This document shows positions 27,473 through 41,539 of a DNA stretch of 64,000 nt, piece by piece (positions within the stretch are counted from its first letter, which is position 1; the number at the start of each line of letters is the position of its first letter). The DNA lies in the NCBI RefSeq assembly GCF_006345805.1, contig NC_043001.1, forward strand, positions 95,976,001-96,040,000. The letters run 5' to 3'. Below the pieces are notes generated by a model. The model did not search any database. It was given only the letters and a program-made list of their open reading frames with translations, and had not been told where the DNA came from. The stretch is from Octopus sinensis. Taxonomy: Eukaryota. A program made the position numbers and the translations under genes.

Positions 27473-28080
27473 TGACATTAGAAGAGTGAATTTATTAAAC
27501 GGAATGGAATGGGTATCATCAAATAAATGTAAAAGGTTTGGTGTTAATATGGATTATTTTATTATATTTAACCAGACAACTCTGTTTATGTCGCAAAAGA
27601 AGATAATTCGGGCATACAATTCAACAATAGATATTTCAACAAAAGTAATAGACACTATAATATTACGTCATATGGAACTCGTTAGTGGAGACAATAATTA
27701 AATATTTAAATATTTAAAATTAATAGCTTTAGTTTTCTTCTTTGTGATCATTTTATATTAATTTCTTTTTGTGAGTGATTTATATTTCATCCTTTCACTA
27801 TAAAATGATCGCAAACAAGAATGCTAAAGCTACTAATTTTAAATATTTAAATATTTAGTTATCATCCACTGATGAGTTCCAAATGATGTAATATTACAAT
27901 GTGTTTTCTTTTTGTTGAAATACCTATACTTAACTTGTATACCAGAAATATGATATTTTGCGACAGACACAACTGTCTGGTTAAATTAAATATAATATAC
28001 CATAATAGCATCAAAGCCTGTTCCATTTATTTAATGACATTTATCTAACTCCGTCGAATAAATTGATTCTTCTAATGACG
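27473..28080. mobile_element. About 600-bp foldback element (long imperfect inverted arms)
   Basis: Arms about 27476-27757 and 27799-28077 (CATTAGAAGA / TCTTCTAATG; TTTAACCAGACA / TGTCTGGTTAAA; GATCATTTTATA / TATAAAATGATC) with a 41-bp spacer. Confidence 0.85.
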
Positions 28081-28093
28081 TTTATTTTAAATT

Positions 28094-28487
28094 GTGGCTG
28101 TGTGGTAAGTAGCTTGCTAACCAACAACATGGTTCCGGGTTCAGTCCCACTGCGTGACATCTTGCGCAAGTGTCTTCTGCTACAGCCCCGGGCCGACCAA
28201 TGCCTTGTGAGTAGATTTGGTAGACGGAAACTGAAAGAAGCCTGTCGTATATATGTATATATATTTATATGTTTGTGTGTCTGTGTTTGTGCCCCTAGCA
28301 TTGCTTGACAACCGATGCTGGTGTGTTTACGTCCCCGTCACTTAGCGGTTCGGCAAAAGAGACCGATAGAATAAGTACTGGTCTTACAAAGAATAAGTCT
28401 CGGGGTCGATTTGCTCGACTGAAGGCTGTGCTCCAGCATGGCCGCTGCCAAATGACTGAAACAAGTAAAAGAGTAAAGAGTAAGAGT
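28094..28487 (+). mobile_element. SINE family B, near full length
   Basis: GTGGCTGTGTGGTAAGTAGCTTGC head, tail ending AAGAGTAAAGAGTAAGAGT. Confidence 0.95.
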
Positions 28488-28506
28488 ACATATGCATAGA
28501 CACATA

Positions 28507-28542
<36 letters not shown>

Positions 28543-28664
28543 AACACGCACGCGAATTTGGTTTTGTATACATACATATATACTTATAAATGAATATATG
28601 TACATACACGCATATATATATATACATACATGCACGAGTGTTTATACACACACCTACACATATA

Positions 28665-28899
28665 CAGGGTTGGCCAAAAGTCACTTGACATATATTCAAA
28701 CCCATATAATTCTCAAGATTTATTTATGTTTAACAACTAAATGAATTTGATAAGATCATCTAAATATGAAACAGCATGAAAATTGTTCAAACTGATGTCA
28801 TTCTTGAGCGACACCATTTTTTCAAATGAATAAATAAAATTGAATATCAAGAATTTTTGGAGTTTTGCTTTACTTTCGGATAACTTTTGGCCATCTCTG
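28665..28899. mobile_element. Tc1/mariner-type MITE, 235 bp
   Basis: TA-CAGGGTTGGCCAAAAGT at the left end and ACTTTTGGCCATCTCTG at the right end (imperfect TIR). Confidence 0.8.
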
Positions 28900-29942
28900 T
28901 CTCTATATATATATGTTACTTATGTAGATACAAACATTCATGCATTGTAAACACGCGGACAGGAACACATACGAATATATATATAGAGAGAAATGCAACC
29001 TGACACACGCACACGTGGATTGGAGGCAAGAGGAAACGGAGAAAGCTCACTGCATTATTACTATTATTTCGCAATGACGCATATCGAAAATGCATATTTG
29101 GCGCAGCATGCTTCTTTACTAAGTTTTCGTTACTTAACAGGATGTACAAGGTTTCCTCAAGGCTATATTTTGTTTGAGATAAAGGTATACTTGTTAAACG
29201 ATTAGGACATAAAATGAATTGGTCTAATATACCTACATGATTCCTTCAATTACCTTGATACTGAGATTAATCGCTCGAGGAGATGAATCAATTTCTTGGG
29301 TAGTTCACCGTTACTGTGAGTATTTACGAATATACGGCAACTTTATCTTTACAAACCTAATAGATTTAACCATTGTTTTCTCTAAATATCTGTGCGTTTG
29401 GTAACATCAGTCTTAAATCCATAACGCCGTCATTCACATATTTTTCCAAAGTGTGGTGTTGAAGGCAGGATCATAAAGTATACTAAAGGTCAGTGTGGTG
29501 ACGCTGACCTGATTCGCAGGCTTTATCCTCATACTGAGATTTTTGAAAGGTGGATGGAATGGTTCACTTATGTCGTCCGGTATTCACTGGATGTCTATAT
29601 AGCCAAAGATGTAATAAAGGTAATAATAGAAGATATCCCTTTTTTCTCATGAGTAGGACAGGTGTTCATAAGACAATCTCTTGATTGAAAAGTATTCATT
29701 ACGGTACATCAGAACTTGATATAGATTGATTCATCACAATGTATGTTATAAAACATCACTTCACATTTACAAATCATTTCCACATATTTTCAGCTACCTG
29801 TACATCAATATGTGCGCAAAGAGTTACTATGCTCTTACAGCCTATAATGTATTTTACGATATTCATACTCCCGGCAAGCTACATCATTGTTACTCTGTTT
29901 TTTTGGTAATCAAACATAAATAATATCACTATTTTCCCGGAT

Positions 29943-30200
29943 GGCGGCGAGCTGGGAGAATCGTTAGGACGTCGTCAGGATGGGCAGCACGCCGACAGAA
30001 TGGTTAAAACGCCGGCAGAATGCTAAGCAGCATTTAGGCACTGAGTCTAAATACGGCTTTACGTTCTAAGTTCAAATACCGCCGAGGTCGACGCTGTCTT
30101 TTATTCTTTCGGGTTCTACGAGTTAGACTTGGAGTTGATCTAATCGACTCAGCTCTTCTCCTAAAATTGCTGGATTTGTGCCAAAATTTAAAATCAATAT
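29943..30200 (+). mobile_element. Diverged SINE family A copy with partly duplicated head
   Basis: GGCGGCGAGCTGGGAGAATCGTTAGGACG, a second GACAGAATGGTTAAAACGCCGG, then AAGTTCAAATACCGCCGAGGTCGAC. Confidence 0.75.
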
Positions 30201-31799
30201 TATGCTTTATCGAGCTTAATATTTATGGAAGGAGAGTATATGCTGTTGCTATCATTTTGCAAAATGGTCAGATTCCAACAGAGATAGAGTGGGCAGTAAA
30301 AATATATGTGTAGGTGTTATGTTCCTTGCCATGACCACACGTAGAGCAGATCTAATTATCTTTGCCTGGAAAGCCCACTATTGTAAGTGTGCACAACGAT
30401 GTATATATCGACGTTATTCATATCCTAACAAGGTCACGTTATTCCACTCCTCATTGTGTATTTTCAGGCTATTAAAATGATTCAACATGTTGTCTGCGCA
30501 CATCTAATCAGACGTATCACCATGAAAGAATATTAGTTGCTTATTTTTTCTTAGTTTCTTGTTTACTCAATTAACATTTAGTTTTGGTGTTGTACGGATT
30601 TGTCAAACATTTGCTTGTTAATCCCGTATAAGATTGTGTTACTAAATTTAGATGTAACATAGCATATGACATGTGCAATTCGCCTACATACTACCTTTGT
30701 GCTTCAGAAAAATGAAAGAAATAAAAGAAACTAGAAAGAAATTTTCAAGAAAGAAAACTTATAAATATTTTCCTGTAAATGGTTATGAAATACATTTTTG
30801 TATCAAAAGAAGTGAATATCTCGCCAGAATTACAAAACCAAGCGGCAGAAAGTGACCAGAAGTTATTGCCATAAGAAGGGCGGAGATAGCTTGCGATTAA
30901 AGCACTGCTGTAAGGAAGCCTGTTTTCAAGGCCGACAGAGATGACGTCTCTGTAAAGTAATCTTTCTCGAATCTTATAAGAATCAATTAATTTACGATTC
31001 AGCTTTCAGCACTGTGTGATGGGCTTCAATACTTAATCAATATTTGAAGGTGGTACTGAGTTTACTCTGCTCTACCGATTGTTATCGGTTATTCTCTGGT
31101 TTTGGATCGATAGTGGATATGCCATAGCATACAATAATTCCTTGCAAATTATACCTACTGTGAAATTAAGTATTTTCTAACCACCAAGATTCACTTGAAT
31201 AGCAATGCAACAAAATTAATTCAATGCGAATTAACACACAGAGATATTTTTCCCCGCGCAACATGCCCAAGGAATAGTGCAGGTGTATAAAGGAAGAAAA
31301 CAGAGATAAAGACTTCTAAATTGTGCTTATAACTGCAAGGTGCAAAAGGTAATTGAAAACCGTGCTTCGGCTCAAACACCGTATTGCAGTATCCTTATCA
31401 GAGCTTTGACTTATATCGTTCAACAAGGCAAACCAGTCCGCAGCATTGTTATATTCTGTTATAATCTTTATTGTGTTGAACTGTTATAACGTCCATTTCG
31501 GTATCAAGTATACTTAGTAAACCAGTAAAAACACGACTTTTTCTCACCGCCCACTACGTAGTCTGGTACTACTATTTACTTATAGTGTCTATGTTATTTC
31601 GTTCGTCACGTGGCAGATGCGTACCATTATTACTATTTCCATACAACACCACCCCTTTTAAGTTTTTTCTTAAGAAGCGTCATTTTCTGAAGCAATAGCT
31701 TTTGTTATTCATCCCATCTCACGTTTTTGAGGAATTATTTTCGTACATCTTCGTATATTTTTGCATTTGGCATATATTTTCAGAAACTCTGAATGTTTT

Positions 31800-32120
31800 G
31801 TTTTCATATCACTTGTACGCCTGGGTTCAATCACCTACAGTGGCGTTGCTACTTGGAACGTATCGTACAAATATTCTATCGGTTCCTTCAGCTTCTTCGA
31901 TTCGCTTTCCAGGAATCTCTCTTTGACTTGGTTCCTGTCTCTCTTTGCCTATTCTACTTTTTACCCAATACATCATATTGCTTATGCAGTTGGAACTGAC
32001 GACAATAGTTTGAATCGAAGTTGTAGGAATCACAAGGATGCTAATGTTCGAAGGTGCTTCCTCTAACAAGAAGATGCCATATATATTAAGCAACATCTAT
32101 AACTTTCTACACGGTTGAGG
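31800..32120 (-). mobile_element. RTE-like apurinic endonuclease remnant
   Basis: Frameshifted ISILVIPTT (IIQVYAPT-like), IGKE..PG..G and PRRTS..(HHPRRxYTW-like) in the expected order. Confidence 0.5.
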
Positions 32121-32951
32121 ACGAATTGTAGATTAGTGTTCTGAGGAATGAAGACGGGGAAACTGAAGACACTTCATTTCGGATGTAGCGGAGACATACA
32201 AATGAATGACGAATACTGAGAGCAAGGAAGCAAATTTCAATTATCGCTAAAGGATAATAGCTGCAAAAATAACTGCCGGAAAACAGCAAGCTACAATATA
32301 GGTTTGCCGCTTTGCACAACAGTAAGGAATGAGTTATACTTCTCTTAAAAGGGTTAAATGCATTAATTATATTGAGTTCCTGTCAGTGTTATAGCTAGGC
32401 AGATAATATCTCCAGGAATTAATTCGCTGGCAACAATTTTCAAAGGATTCACTGACTCGAAACACATTAAAGGCCACGCTGGATATTAATTTGATCATTT
32501 CGGTAGATTTGTCCAACTTACTAGTGGATATATTCCATACCATGTCACCTACAGCTATGCATTCACTCATCGTATGGAATACAAATGGTTCGACACTTCT
32601 CACTGAAGTGAATGGCTACAGTAACACATGCCACTTATGTAAGGATTTGCGGCTGTTCTTTCCGGGTTACAGATACACTTCACATTCATTGCAATCAACA
32701 TCCACTGTAAATTATAATTGTAACAATGTATTTGACGCATTTATTTCGTTTATATTATTTCAGACGTATTTCATTTAGAATTTCAGATTAATATTTAGCA
32801 CATAAATAATACCCTGGGAAGTTTTTGCGATGTACAAGTAAAGCACTTTTCGAATTATTTACTGCTTCAAGAGGCAAAATTAGCAAAACGAGGAATCAGT
32901 TGTTTCCCTGTGTCTTTCCATCCTTCACAGTTGTTTATCCATCCCTACGTG

Positions 32952-33130
32952 AAGGCGGCGAGCTGGCAGAAAGTCTGTCTTTACATTCTGTGTTCAAATT
33001 CCGCCGGGGTCAACTTTACCTTTCATCCTTTCTGGGTCGATAAATTAAGTAACAGTTGCGCATTGGGGTCGATCTAATCGATTGGCTCCGTCCCCAAAAA
33101 TTTCGAGTCTTGTGTCTTGAGTAGGAAAAA
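32952..33130 (+). mobile_element. SINE family A copy (A2 tail) with internal deletion
   Basis: AAGGCGGCGAGCTGGCAGAAA...GTTCAAATTCCGCCGGGGTCAAC...GTCTTGTGTCTTGAGTAGGAAAA. Confidence 0.88.
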
Positions 33131-33229
33131 AATATCCTTTCCCAAGTGCCCGAGTGTTAAACCAGCGAAGAAAACAGTATAATCATGCGGTGCTACGTAG
33201 AAAGTGAACCTAAATGAAGGGGCTATAGA

Positions 33230-34260
33230 AAACGGATGTTAACGCTTTTGATAGAGAAGCGTGTGTGTAAAATGATTGAGCAGAGATTAGTGGATCAAGC
33301 TACTGCTATTAGGAAAAGAAAGTGGATGTCAGAACTGGAGGTAGAAGAGATCACAAGACAACTGGAAAAGAAACACCACGCAGTCGGAAAAACAAGCAAC
33401 AGCATAAGCGATAGAGCTCAAACCAAAGAAGGACCTAAAGCAAAACATAATAATAGCGCTACCTATAAGGAAGGGACAACTGGCAGTGAGGCAAATGAGA
33501 AGATTTTAGACGAGTTGCCGGAAATAATGAGCAAAAAAAGTAAGAAATAGATTGCTACCATTAAAAGACATGAACATAAGAAAGAACCAAGAAATAACTA
33601 GGAAGGTATATTCTATTATCAGCAAGATACACACTAAATATATAGAAGGCACTAACTTATTGATCTAGGCAGTAATCACCGCAACATTTGATATCTCACA
33701 GAGAAAGATTTAAAAACAGCAAATGTGGAAAAGGAGACAACAAATTAAAGAGAAGACTTTAAGACAAGATCTGAGTAGAATAGAAACCTGGAAAACAAAC
33801 AATTTAGGAAGCACAAGAATCAAATCTTGCCTCGAGGAAAGATACTTAGTCAAAAGGAAAGGGTTTGGGACAATAATATAAGAGTTAAAACAGCGTATCA
33901 TAGCAGTAGCAGGTAACCTCTCCAGATATCAGAAAAGAATAGATAAGTATCAATAGAATAGATTATTTGAGAAAATCCCAAGGAGATTTGATAACCAATT
34001 TAAATAGTGGAGAACAGTGAAGATGAGAAACCTAATGCAGAGGAAGCTAGTAAGATCTGGGGTAATATGTGGGATAAACCACTTAATCATAATGGAGATG
34101 CAATATGGTTAAAGAAAGTGAGGGAAGAAGTAGCGAGTGAGAAGCAGCCATATTTACAATTAACTATTACATTAATGAGTAAAGTGTTAGGAAAAGTGCC
34201 GAATTGGAAGGACCAGATTTAGTTCAAGGCCACTGGCTAAATGAATTCAGTAGGGAAAAA
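33230..34260 (+). mobile_element. R4/Dong-like (RLE) LINE, N-terminal to pre-RT remnant
   Basis: EQRLVDQATAIRKRKWMSELEVEEI; WKRR..LRQDLSRIETW..ELKQRIIA..RYQKRI..NRLF; PNAEEASKIWGNMW..HNGDAIWLKKV..KVPNWK. All typical of R4/Dong-clade ORFs. Confidence 0.85.
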
Positions 34261-34264
34261 CTTC

Positions 34265-34932
34265 AGAATTGCCATACAAGACGGATAATACCAGTTGGAG
34301 ATATTCGTTCGCAATTCTAACGTGCATAAGTAGTAGTTAAGCTACTGACAGTTTCCGGAACCTTTCGCTAAACATGGGCGTATCGAACGTAAGGTGATAA
34401 TAATTCTCTGCATCTGTTTCAATTATGAGGTGGTAATTCACTATGAATTCGTTGTGGACGGTTGTACCATAGATCCAACCTTTACTCCGAAGACCTAAAG
34501 TGACTGCATCCCATTGCACGTTACAAATATCCGCTAATGTTCACCGGAAAGCGATATCTTCCACAGCATGCATCGCCGGCCTTCATTGAACTTGAATGTC
34601 CCGTAATATCCTCCAGGAACTGCAGACAATCGAACTGATGACACACGCAGCATATAGCCCGGATCTGGCGCCCTCGGTGTATTAATTGTTCCGATATTTG
34701 GCTGACGTCACTGCGCTCATGATGCTTCATCAACCAAGTGGTGGTGGAAGCTTCATTGAGAAAGTTCTTTGTCTCGAAGAAGATCTGTTATCAACTTGGG
34801 ATCGAAGAACTGGCAGAAAGGTGGCTTCGGACAGTGCAACATTATGGTCTCTCCTTTGAAAGCAAGGCTTCTTTTGTAGTAATTTGAAGAATACATTACC
34901 AGAATATAGGAAAACCTTCGAGTCAACACTGT
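34265..34932 (+). pseudogene. Mariner transposase remnant (DDD region to C-terminus)
   Basis: RKVIIILCICFNYEVVIHYEFV (KVML.VWWD..GI.YELL-like), a decayed HDNARPH/YSPDLAP region, and FFVSKKICYQLGIEELAERWLRTVQHYG. Confidence 0.8.
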
Positions 34933-35354
34933 GTTTAAAATCACAACATAACTTACAGTTTAAATGAACATAGCTGTAACTTTATAGTCATACACAAATC
35001 AGTGTATAGAAAATAATACACCTCCACTTATATACAGATATGTATTGTAGTATATGAAATGGGACTTAGGATACCTCATGTCATACTGGCAAACTAAATG
35101 TCAGCTCATGTTCACTTATATCACTTGATGGAAATTCACTTTATTCTAATATGATTGATACAACTCTTCCGAAATTAGAAATGAATTGCATACATGAAAA
35201 TGTAGCTTTATATTAGATATATACGGGTAGAAGGTTGCATGCATATCCGTGATATAAGCTGCACAATTATTGCATAATCATATTTATATTAGAATAATTC
35301 ACCAATGATTGAGACAAATGATTACGAGAACTGCGAATATCTATCACACAATTG

Positions 35355-35356
<2 letters not shown>

Positions 35357-35408
<52 letters not shown>

Positions 35409-35510
35409 ATATGTATGTATGTGTGTGTATGTATATAGTATATATATACATACAATCACACACACACGCATATGCATATATATATATATATATATATATA
35501 CATAGAGAGA
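35357..35510. repeat. (TA)n/(CA)n microsatellite
   Basis: Direct reading. Confidence 0.93.
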
Positions 35511-36014
35511 GCAGATGCAGAGAGAGACAGATAAATATATTAATATAAATACATACACGCACACACCCTAACAACTAGCTCACACATATGCGCGCGCGCG
35601 TGTGTACGTGTGTGTTTGTGAGGGGTGTGTGTGTGTGTACATCCGCTACCTTATAAAATATCTTTGAACGGCAAGTTGAAATTTTTCTAAATACTCAATT
35701 TGCCTTTCATACTTCCACTCACTTTGGTAACATTTTGTACATAATTTTATTACAGGAAATTCTGTTACAAAAAGTATTCATTAGTGATTTGCTAAATGTA
35801 TATTTAATATTGTACTAAATCTAATATCAACTCTTAATGAGTATGTTTAGTTAGTCGTTAAAATATTATATAATTTAATATATGATTACGTAATTATATG
35901 ATGCATTGTGAATATAATTTTGTTAAACTACATTGTTACCATTTAAAGCTGTATCATTGAATATCTATATCCATCACTATTTATTTGAATGCAATACGCT
36001 TGCACAGCTTATAT

Positions 36015-36055
<41 letters not shown>

Positions 36056-36899
36056 CACACCACACATACACATACGTGCACATAGAGAGACTAACAAACA
36101 AATATAAACATTCATACACACAATACATTTCACATTAACGTAAGACATTTTCTTGATCTATGACTTATTCAAAGTATAGAATGCAGGATTCGCCATTTGT
36201 TTTAAACGTTGTATGCTTTATAGAGAGGAGTTCAGCAAAATTAGCTTAAATGTGAGGGCTTAAAATTGGAGAAGATCTAATATTAATTACGAAAGAAGCG
36301 TTCCACATTTGGTTTTAGAATTTAAAATGTAGATGTGCGGTTAATGGGATCGACGCAGAGGAAATTTTGAAGGTACAAACGGCAAAACAGGTATTCGACA
36401 AACTTAGTAGATTACGACGACGACGCATATCTTCACATAGCAATCCTGTATGTACACATAAATCTGAGCATCTATTATATACTCACGTAATAATCCATGC
36501 AATCGGTTTATGGTGAATGGTATGAAGCTACATAATTTAAGTCTTTTACTTGTAAATCGTATCTAAATTCCTATAGCACCCAATCGTTTAAGTTTTTACA
36601 GTGACAGGAAACATGGTCGCTATATAAGGAGTCGGTTTACGCTATTGATTGGGAAAAGAAGTTGGGGATGTCTTCTCAGATGGATGGTCAAAGAAACTGT
36701 AAAACAATGGACGGGAGACTCCGTCCCTTTTTTTCTCACCTTAACAGTATAGGAATAAAATGTATACAGTCTTATTCTTTTTTCAATCATAATTTGGTTA
36801 TATATTATGCCAATATATTTCATTTGTGATTTACTCAGGTTGTGTGCATAAATACATTTACCTACTATACACACACATGCGCATGCATACACGCACACT

Positions 36900-36997
36900 G
36901 TATATGTATCAATATATACATAAATATATAATATATATATATATATATATATAATATATATATATTATATATACATATATATATACATACATATACA

Positions 36998-37060
<63 letters not shown>
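36900..37060. repeat. (TA)n-rich microsatellite
   Basis: Direct reading. Confidence 0.95.
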
Positions 37061-37063
<3 letters not shown>

Positions 37064-39560
37064 TCTCTCGAAGTTTATGTATTATCATCACGCACACATA
37101 CATTTATAAATATGTATGAACATATGCAAATGTATGCATGTATGTATGAATGTGTGCAGGTATGTATGCATGTGTCTATGTATATATATATATATATATT
37201 GCATCATTTTATTTTATAAATGTTGTCTGTGATATCTGAAAAAATATTGTTCAACTTTTTTACATTAAACTTTTTGGTGTATTTCTTTGTAATATATGAG
37301 ACTATGTCTACAGCGTTGATATGTTGCCGGATTATTTTTAAGGTTATTGTTATTGCGATTTCTTATTATCATATATAGTCGTCTGACATATTTTCAGAAT
37401 GTTATTGGACAACGTTACATGTTTTCATTCTTTTACTTTACTTCTGTTTTTTGAAAATTCTTCCTCCTAAAATTTTATTCCAGAATAGTATGCTATTTCT
37501 TTAAATATCCTTGTCTACATATTTATTTCTTGTTGATTTGTTTTCTTTTTTTTAATTTGAAATCATGTGATTATATCACAATTGTCATTTCTTTTGTTCT
37601 TTGTGATATTTGTAGCTATGGTCTGAATATCTTTTTTGTTACTTCAACGTTATTTTTACTTTTTACGCAAAGAAAAATTTCTTGTTGTTTAATATTTGAG
37701 TGTTTGTCATTTCGATTTAATATGGTTATTGTAGGTTACGTCAACTTGCATTAGACTAACTTCATATCATGTTTTTCACGGATCTGGTTTGTCTTTGTCA
37801 CGATACAGTGGAGGCGTTATATACTTAAGTAATGTCATATTTTAGTTTCATGATTGAGTCTGTTAAATAATTATATATTTTCTTTTGGTTTTGCTATACG
37901 TATTTCATAACTGTACACTCTAATGATATTTTCGTTACGTATTATTTTCAATGGATGTCATCTCTTTTGCTTTTTTTGTAAGATTTTGCATTCTATTATA
38001 TTTGCGTTTATTCTTTACATTTATCTACATTGCTACATATACAGTATTCTTTTTCATTTTCTACAAACGCATTTCTACTGAAAAAATTACAAACGATTAT
38101 GAACCCATCTTATACTGAGGCAAAATTCCTCTATGAGGTTATTATTCGTAAGATAATATATTTGATGCAAATCACATTTAATAATGTCTTTATCATATGT
38201 TTGTGAAAAATTTAATTTATTAGTTATATGTAGTCATGTTTTATATTAATGTATTAGTGTTATAGTTATTAATATTTCGTATTTACAAATTATTTAAATT
38301 AATTTTTTGTAACGTATGAATTGAGTATTGGAGTGTGTGGTTGTTGCTATTTGAACTTATTACATACGTAAGGGTTTCCGCAAGATAAGATATTTGGTGG
38401 TTATGTCTTAACATATATATGAGGTTCTTCGTAAGATATGATATTTGGTGAAAAACGTGATTTAGCCGTTAATTGTAGGAGTTTGAGTTAGAACATAGCG
38501 GCACCTACATTTTTCTTCTTCCCAAAGATGGAAGCATATATTATTGTAGGCGCTTACAATTGCTAAGTACCTACTTTAAAACAGCATAATTTGAAATAGT
38601 TTCCTTAGTCTTAAACTTGATTAATTGTGGTTAGATATTTCAGGTCGTTAATTTTGAAATCAATTGGAATTATCATACCAGTTGTGCAGGGATACTATCT
38701 TTAATACACACGATTAGAGTTTATCGATTAATATGTTCTGGTATGTCTAATCTAGCGTTTGCATTTCAAAGAAAATCCACAGGCATTGACTGTACAGCTA
38801 CAAGCGCATGTAAGCAAATCCAAGTTGATGCAGAGATTTGAATATTCAATGACGTTCCTGACGAGATTACATAAAGATTTTAGAACAAATTATTGAATAT
38901 TTATTAAATTTTATGTCATTCTTTGATTATTTCAATGCGATATTCCGCAGAATCGGCACATATTCAAACATATATAATTGCGAAATTTTTAAATAATTAT
39001 AACTTCTGCAAATAACAGTTTTGTTCTACAATTCAATCTCTCGAGCCGAGAAATTAAACGAACATATCCATTGTTTGAACGTCAAAAATGCAAATTAATT
39101 TTCTGATGGATGAAACGGCGGTTGATGATTTGAGCGTGCATATTTTAATGGAAGTGTGAAAGTGTTGAATTGAACGCTTGTTTTATTGTTATGAAGATTT
39201 TAAAATATTCACTCTGCAGCAAAGTTTATTACATAACGAAATCTACATATTACGATATAACTATACTCAGATTAACTTTACTAAGAAAATACAACCCATA
39301 CTCAAATTCTTAATAAGATGTGCCAAATAATTCGTGTACGATTTTGTACGGTCAGTGGTTAAAGCTAGGTTATCACATTTTATCTTAGTCGAAACTATGC
39401 TTGAATGATGACTAACATTTATATGTAGGAAACAGCACGAATGGCTTCCGTAGATTTGAACACCAGGAAAATTAGACGACATTAAAATACATGATAACAA
39501 CAGCCAATGGAGGATAAACTCAGACACAAACATATATATACGCGTGCCTGCATGCCATTT

Positions 39561-39720
39561 GGGTGTGTGGTAAGAAGCTTGCTTCCCATCCACATGGTTC
39601 TGGGTTGTCCCACAGTGTGGCACCTTGGGCAAGTGATTTCTGCCATTGCCTCGGGACAACCAATGAGTAGTGACTGGATTTGATAGACATAAACTGAAAG
39701 ACGCTTGTCATATATATATG
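39561..39720 (+). mobile_element. SINE family B 5' half
   Basis: GTGTGTGGTAAGAAGCTTGCTTCCC..CACATGGTTC..GGCACCTTGGGCAAGTG...AAACTGAAAGACGC then TA array. Confidence 0.88.
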
Positions 39721-39744
39721 GGAGCGGGTGAGTCAGTTGCATAT

Positions 39745-40075
39745 CCTAAATACATCGCTGCTACGTAATTTTATCAACCGCAAAAGGATGAAAGGCAAAA
39801 ACAGCTTTGGCAGAATTGGAACTCCTATCTTTTCTACTCTAGTCACAAGGCCCGAAGTTCATTGGGGAAGGGACCAATCGATTTGATCGACCCCAATTGC
39901 AACTGATAATTAAATTATTGACGTAGATAGACGAAATACCACTAAACATTTCGCCCGGCGTGCTAACGTTTCTGCCAGCTCACTGCCTTAATTTGAACTC
40001 ATATCGTAAAGATGGATGAAATGCCGCTAAGAATTTTGCCGAGCGTGCTAACGATTGTGCCAGGTCGCTACCTTG
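39745..40075 (-). mobile_element. SINE-A copy nested inside another SINE-A copy
   Basis: Inner copy 39825-39989 is bounded by AATTGGAACTC (39814-39824) and AATTTGAACTC (39990-40000). Confidence 0.75.
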
Positions 40076-40699
40076 CGCTAACAAAAATAAGTTACCACTA
40101 ATGTTCACCTTTCAAATGGGGAAATGGATTGTGTTCTTACTCGTCCAGCACCTGAAGTACGAAAGGTGTTGTACCCGTGGCTAAATGTGATGGAGTTCCG
40201 TAGTTCTTCCTCCTTAATGGCTTAAGGGATCTGAGAATATGAATGATATTTACATATTTTATAACACAATGGAGCCGATGCAGAGAGAGAATGAGATAGA
40301 TAGATAGAGAGACAGACAGATAGACAAACAAAGGGAGAGAGATGGAGGGAAGTGATGTAAAGGTTTTATATGTACCCTAGATACCCTAGGTTTCCCATAT
40401 AGAAAAGACCAGAGTTGAACTTCGGAGATGTCATACAAAACTGCATGCTAAAGTTTTGAAATGATAGAGTTGGACTGATATGAAATTTGCTATAGTAAAA
40501 TATACAAAAGAGATGAAAAGAAAAAAAAAGACAACAGATAAAGGGAGAATGTTTATAAATATAATGTTATATAAAGAAATATAGATAAGAGAAATAGGCC
40601 AAACACAGACATACAAATATTGAGGAATTAATGAACTATACAGAACAAAGCACACATGAATGAATGAATAGGTTACAAAGCAAAATTATTATAGACGTA

Positions 40700-41010
40700 T
40701 TAGATTAATACTTAAAGCAGAAAGAAATGTAAAAAATAAAACAGTAATATGTATCAATATACTCGCTGTTCTAGCAATAAACTGTAGGTATAATATTGCC
40801 TAATATAATAATAACTGGATGCTGAATGATTTAGCAAGACTAGACAGGAAAACAAGAAAAATAATGTCTGTATTTAGGATACAACTCCAAAAAGCCGACT
40901 CGAAAAAAATATCATATTTACTATTAATATGAATACAGATAAAGACTATTGCAACGAGTGTATTATTATAACATATCTACTGTAGAGCTACAACAATATC
41001 CAGTATAGAA
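40700..41010 (+). mobile_element. R4/Dong-like LINE post-RT remnant
   Basis: KNKTVICINILAV..NWMLNDLARLDRKTRKIMSVFRIQLQKAD (like NKI.AIN..AVP..NW...EL..LDRKTRK.MT...HHPKAD). Confidence 0.7.
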
Positions 41011-41132
41011 TAATGAAAGCCAATATAAATAACGGCAAAACAGGTAGAAAAAATAAGTAAACATGTTTTCTCTCTCTTCAATGCATAGCAAAAATATAAA
41101 GCAGAGTTTGGTGTAACAGAAATATATACACA

Positions 41133-41223
<91 letters not shown>

Positions 41224-41539
41224 ATATGTAGGTATATGTATGTGTGTGAGAGCTGACGAAACAACAATAGAATATATTAACAAGTAAAGCTAAAAAAGCT
41301 TCTGGTTGACAAAATGTAGTGCTAACTTTGACAGAAAGGTACATTGTTGTCCATTTCCTAACAACATGGAGTAGACCAGTAGTACACAACGTATCGACTG
41401 CAGTTTTCGTTGGGAAATGCAGTAACTAATTTGCAAGCAAGAATATGTTGTAGTCGTAGTTGTCATCGCTGCCATTGTGTTCCCTAGCAATATTTTTCAT
41501 ACGCGATAAAACGCCTTCAAAATACTGGTTTCAAATGTT

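Noticed and set aside
32348-32357. AAAGGG|TTAA piggyBac-like right ends (also near 15880)
   Set aside because: No matching left TIR nearby, and the short motif is expected by chance in AT-rich DNA
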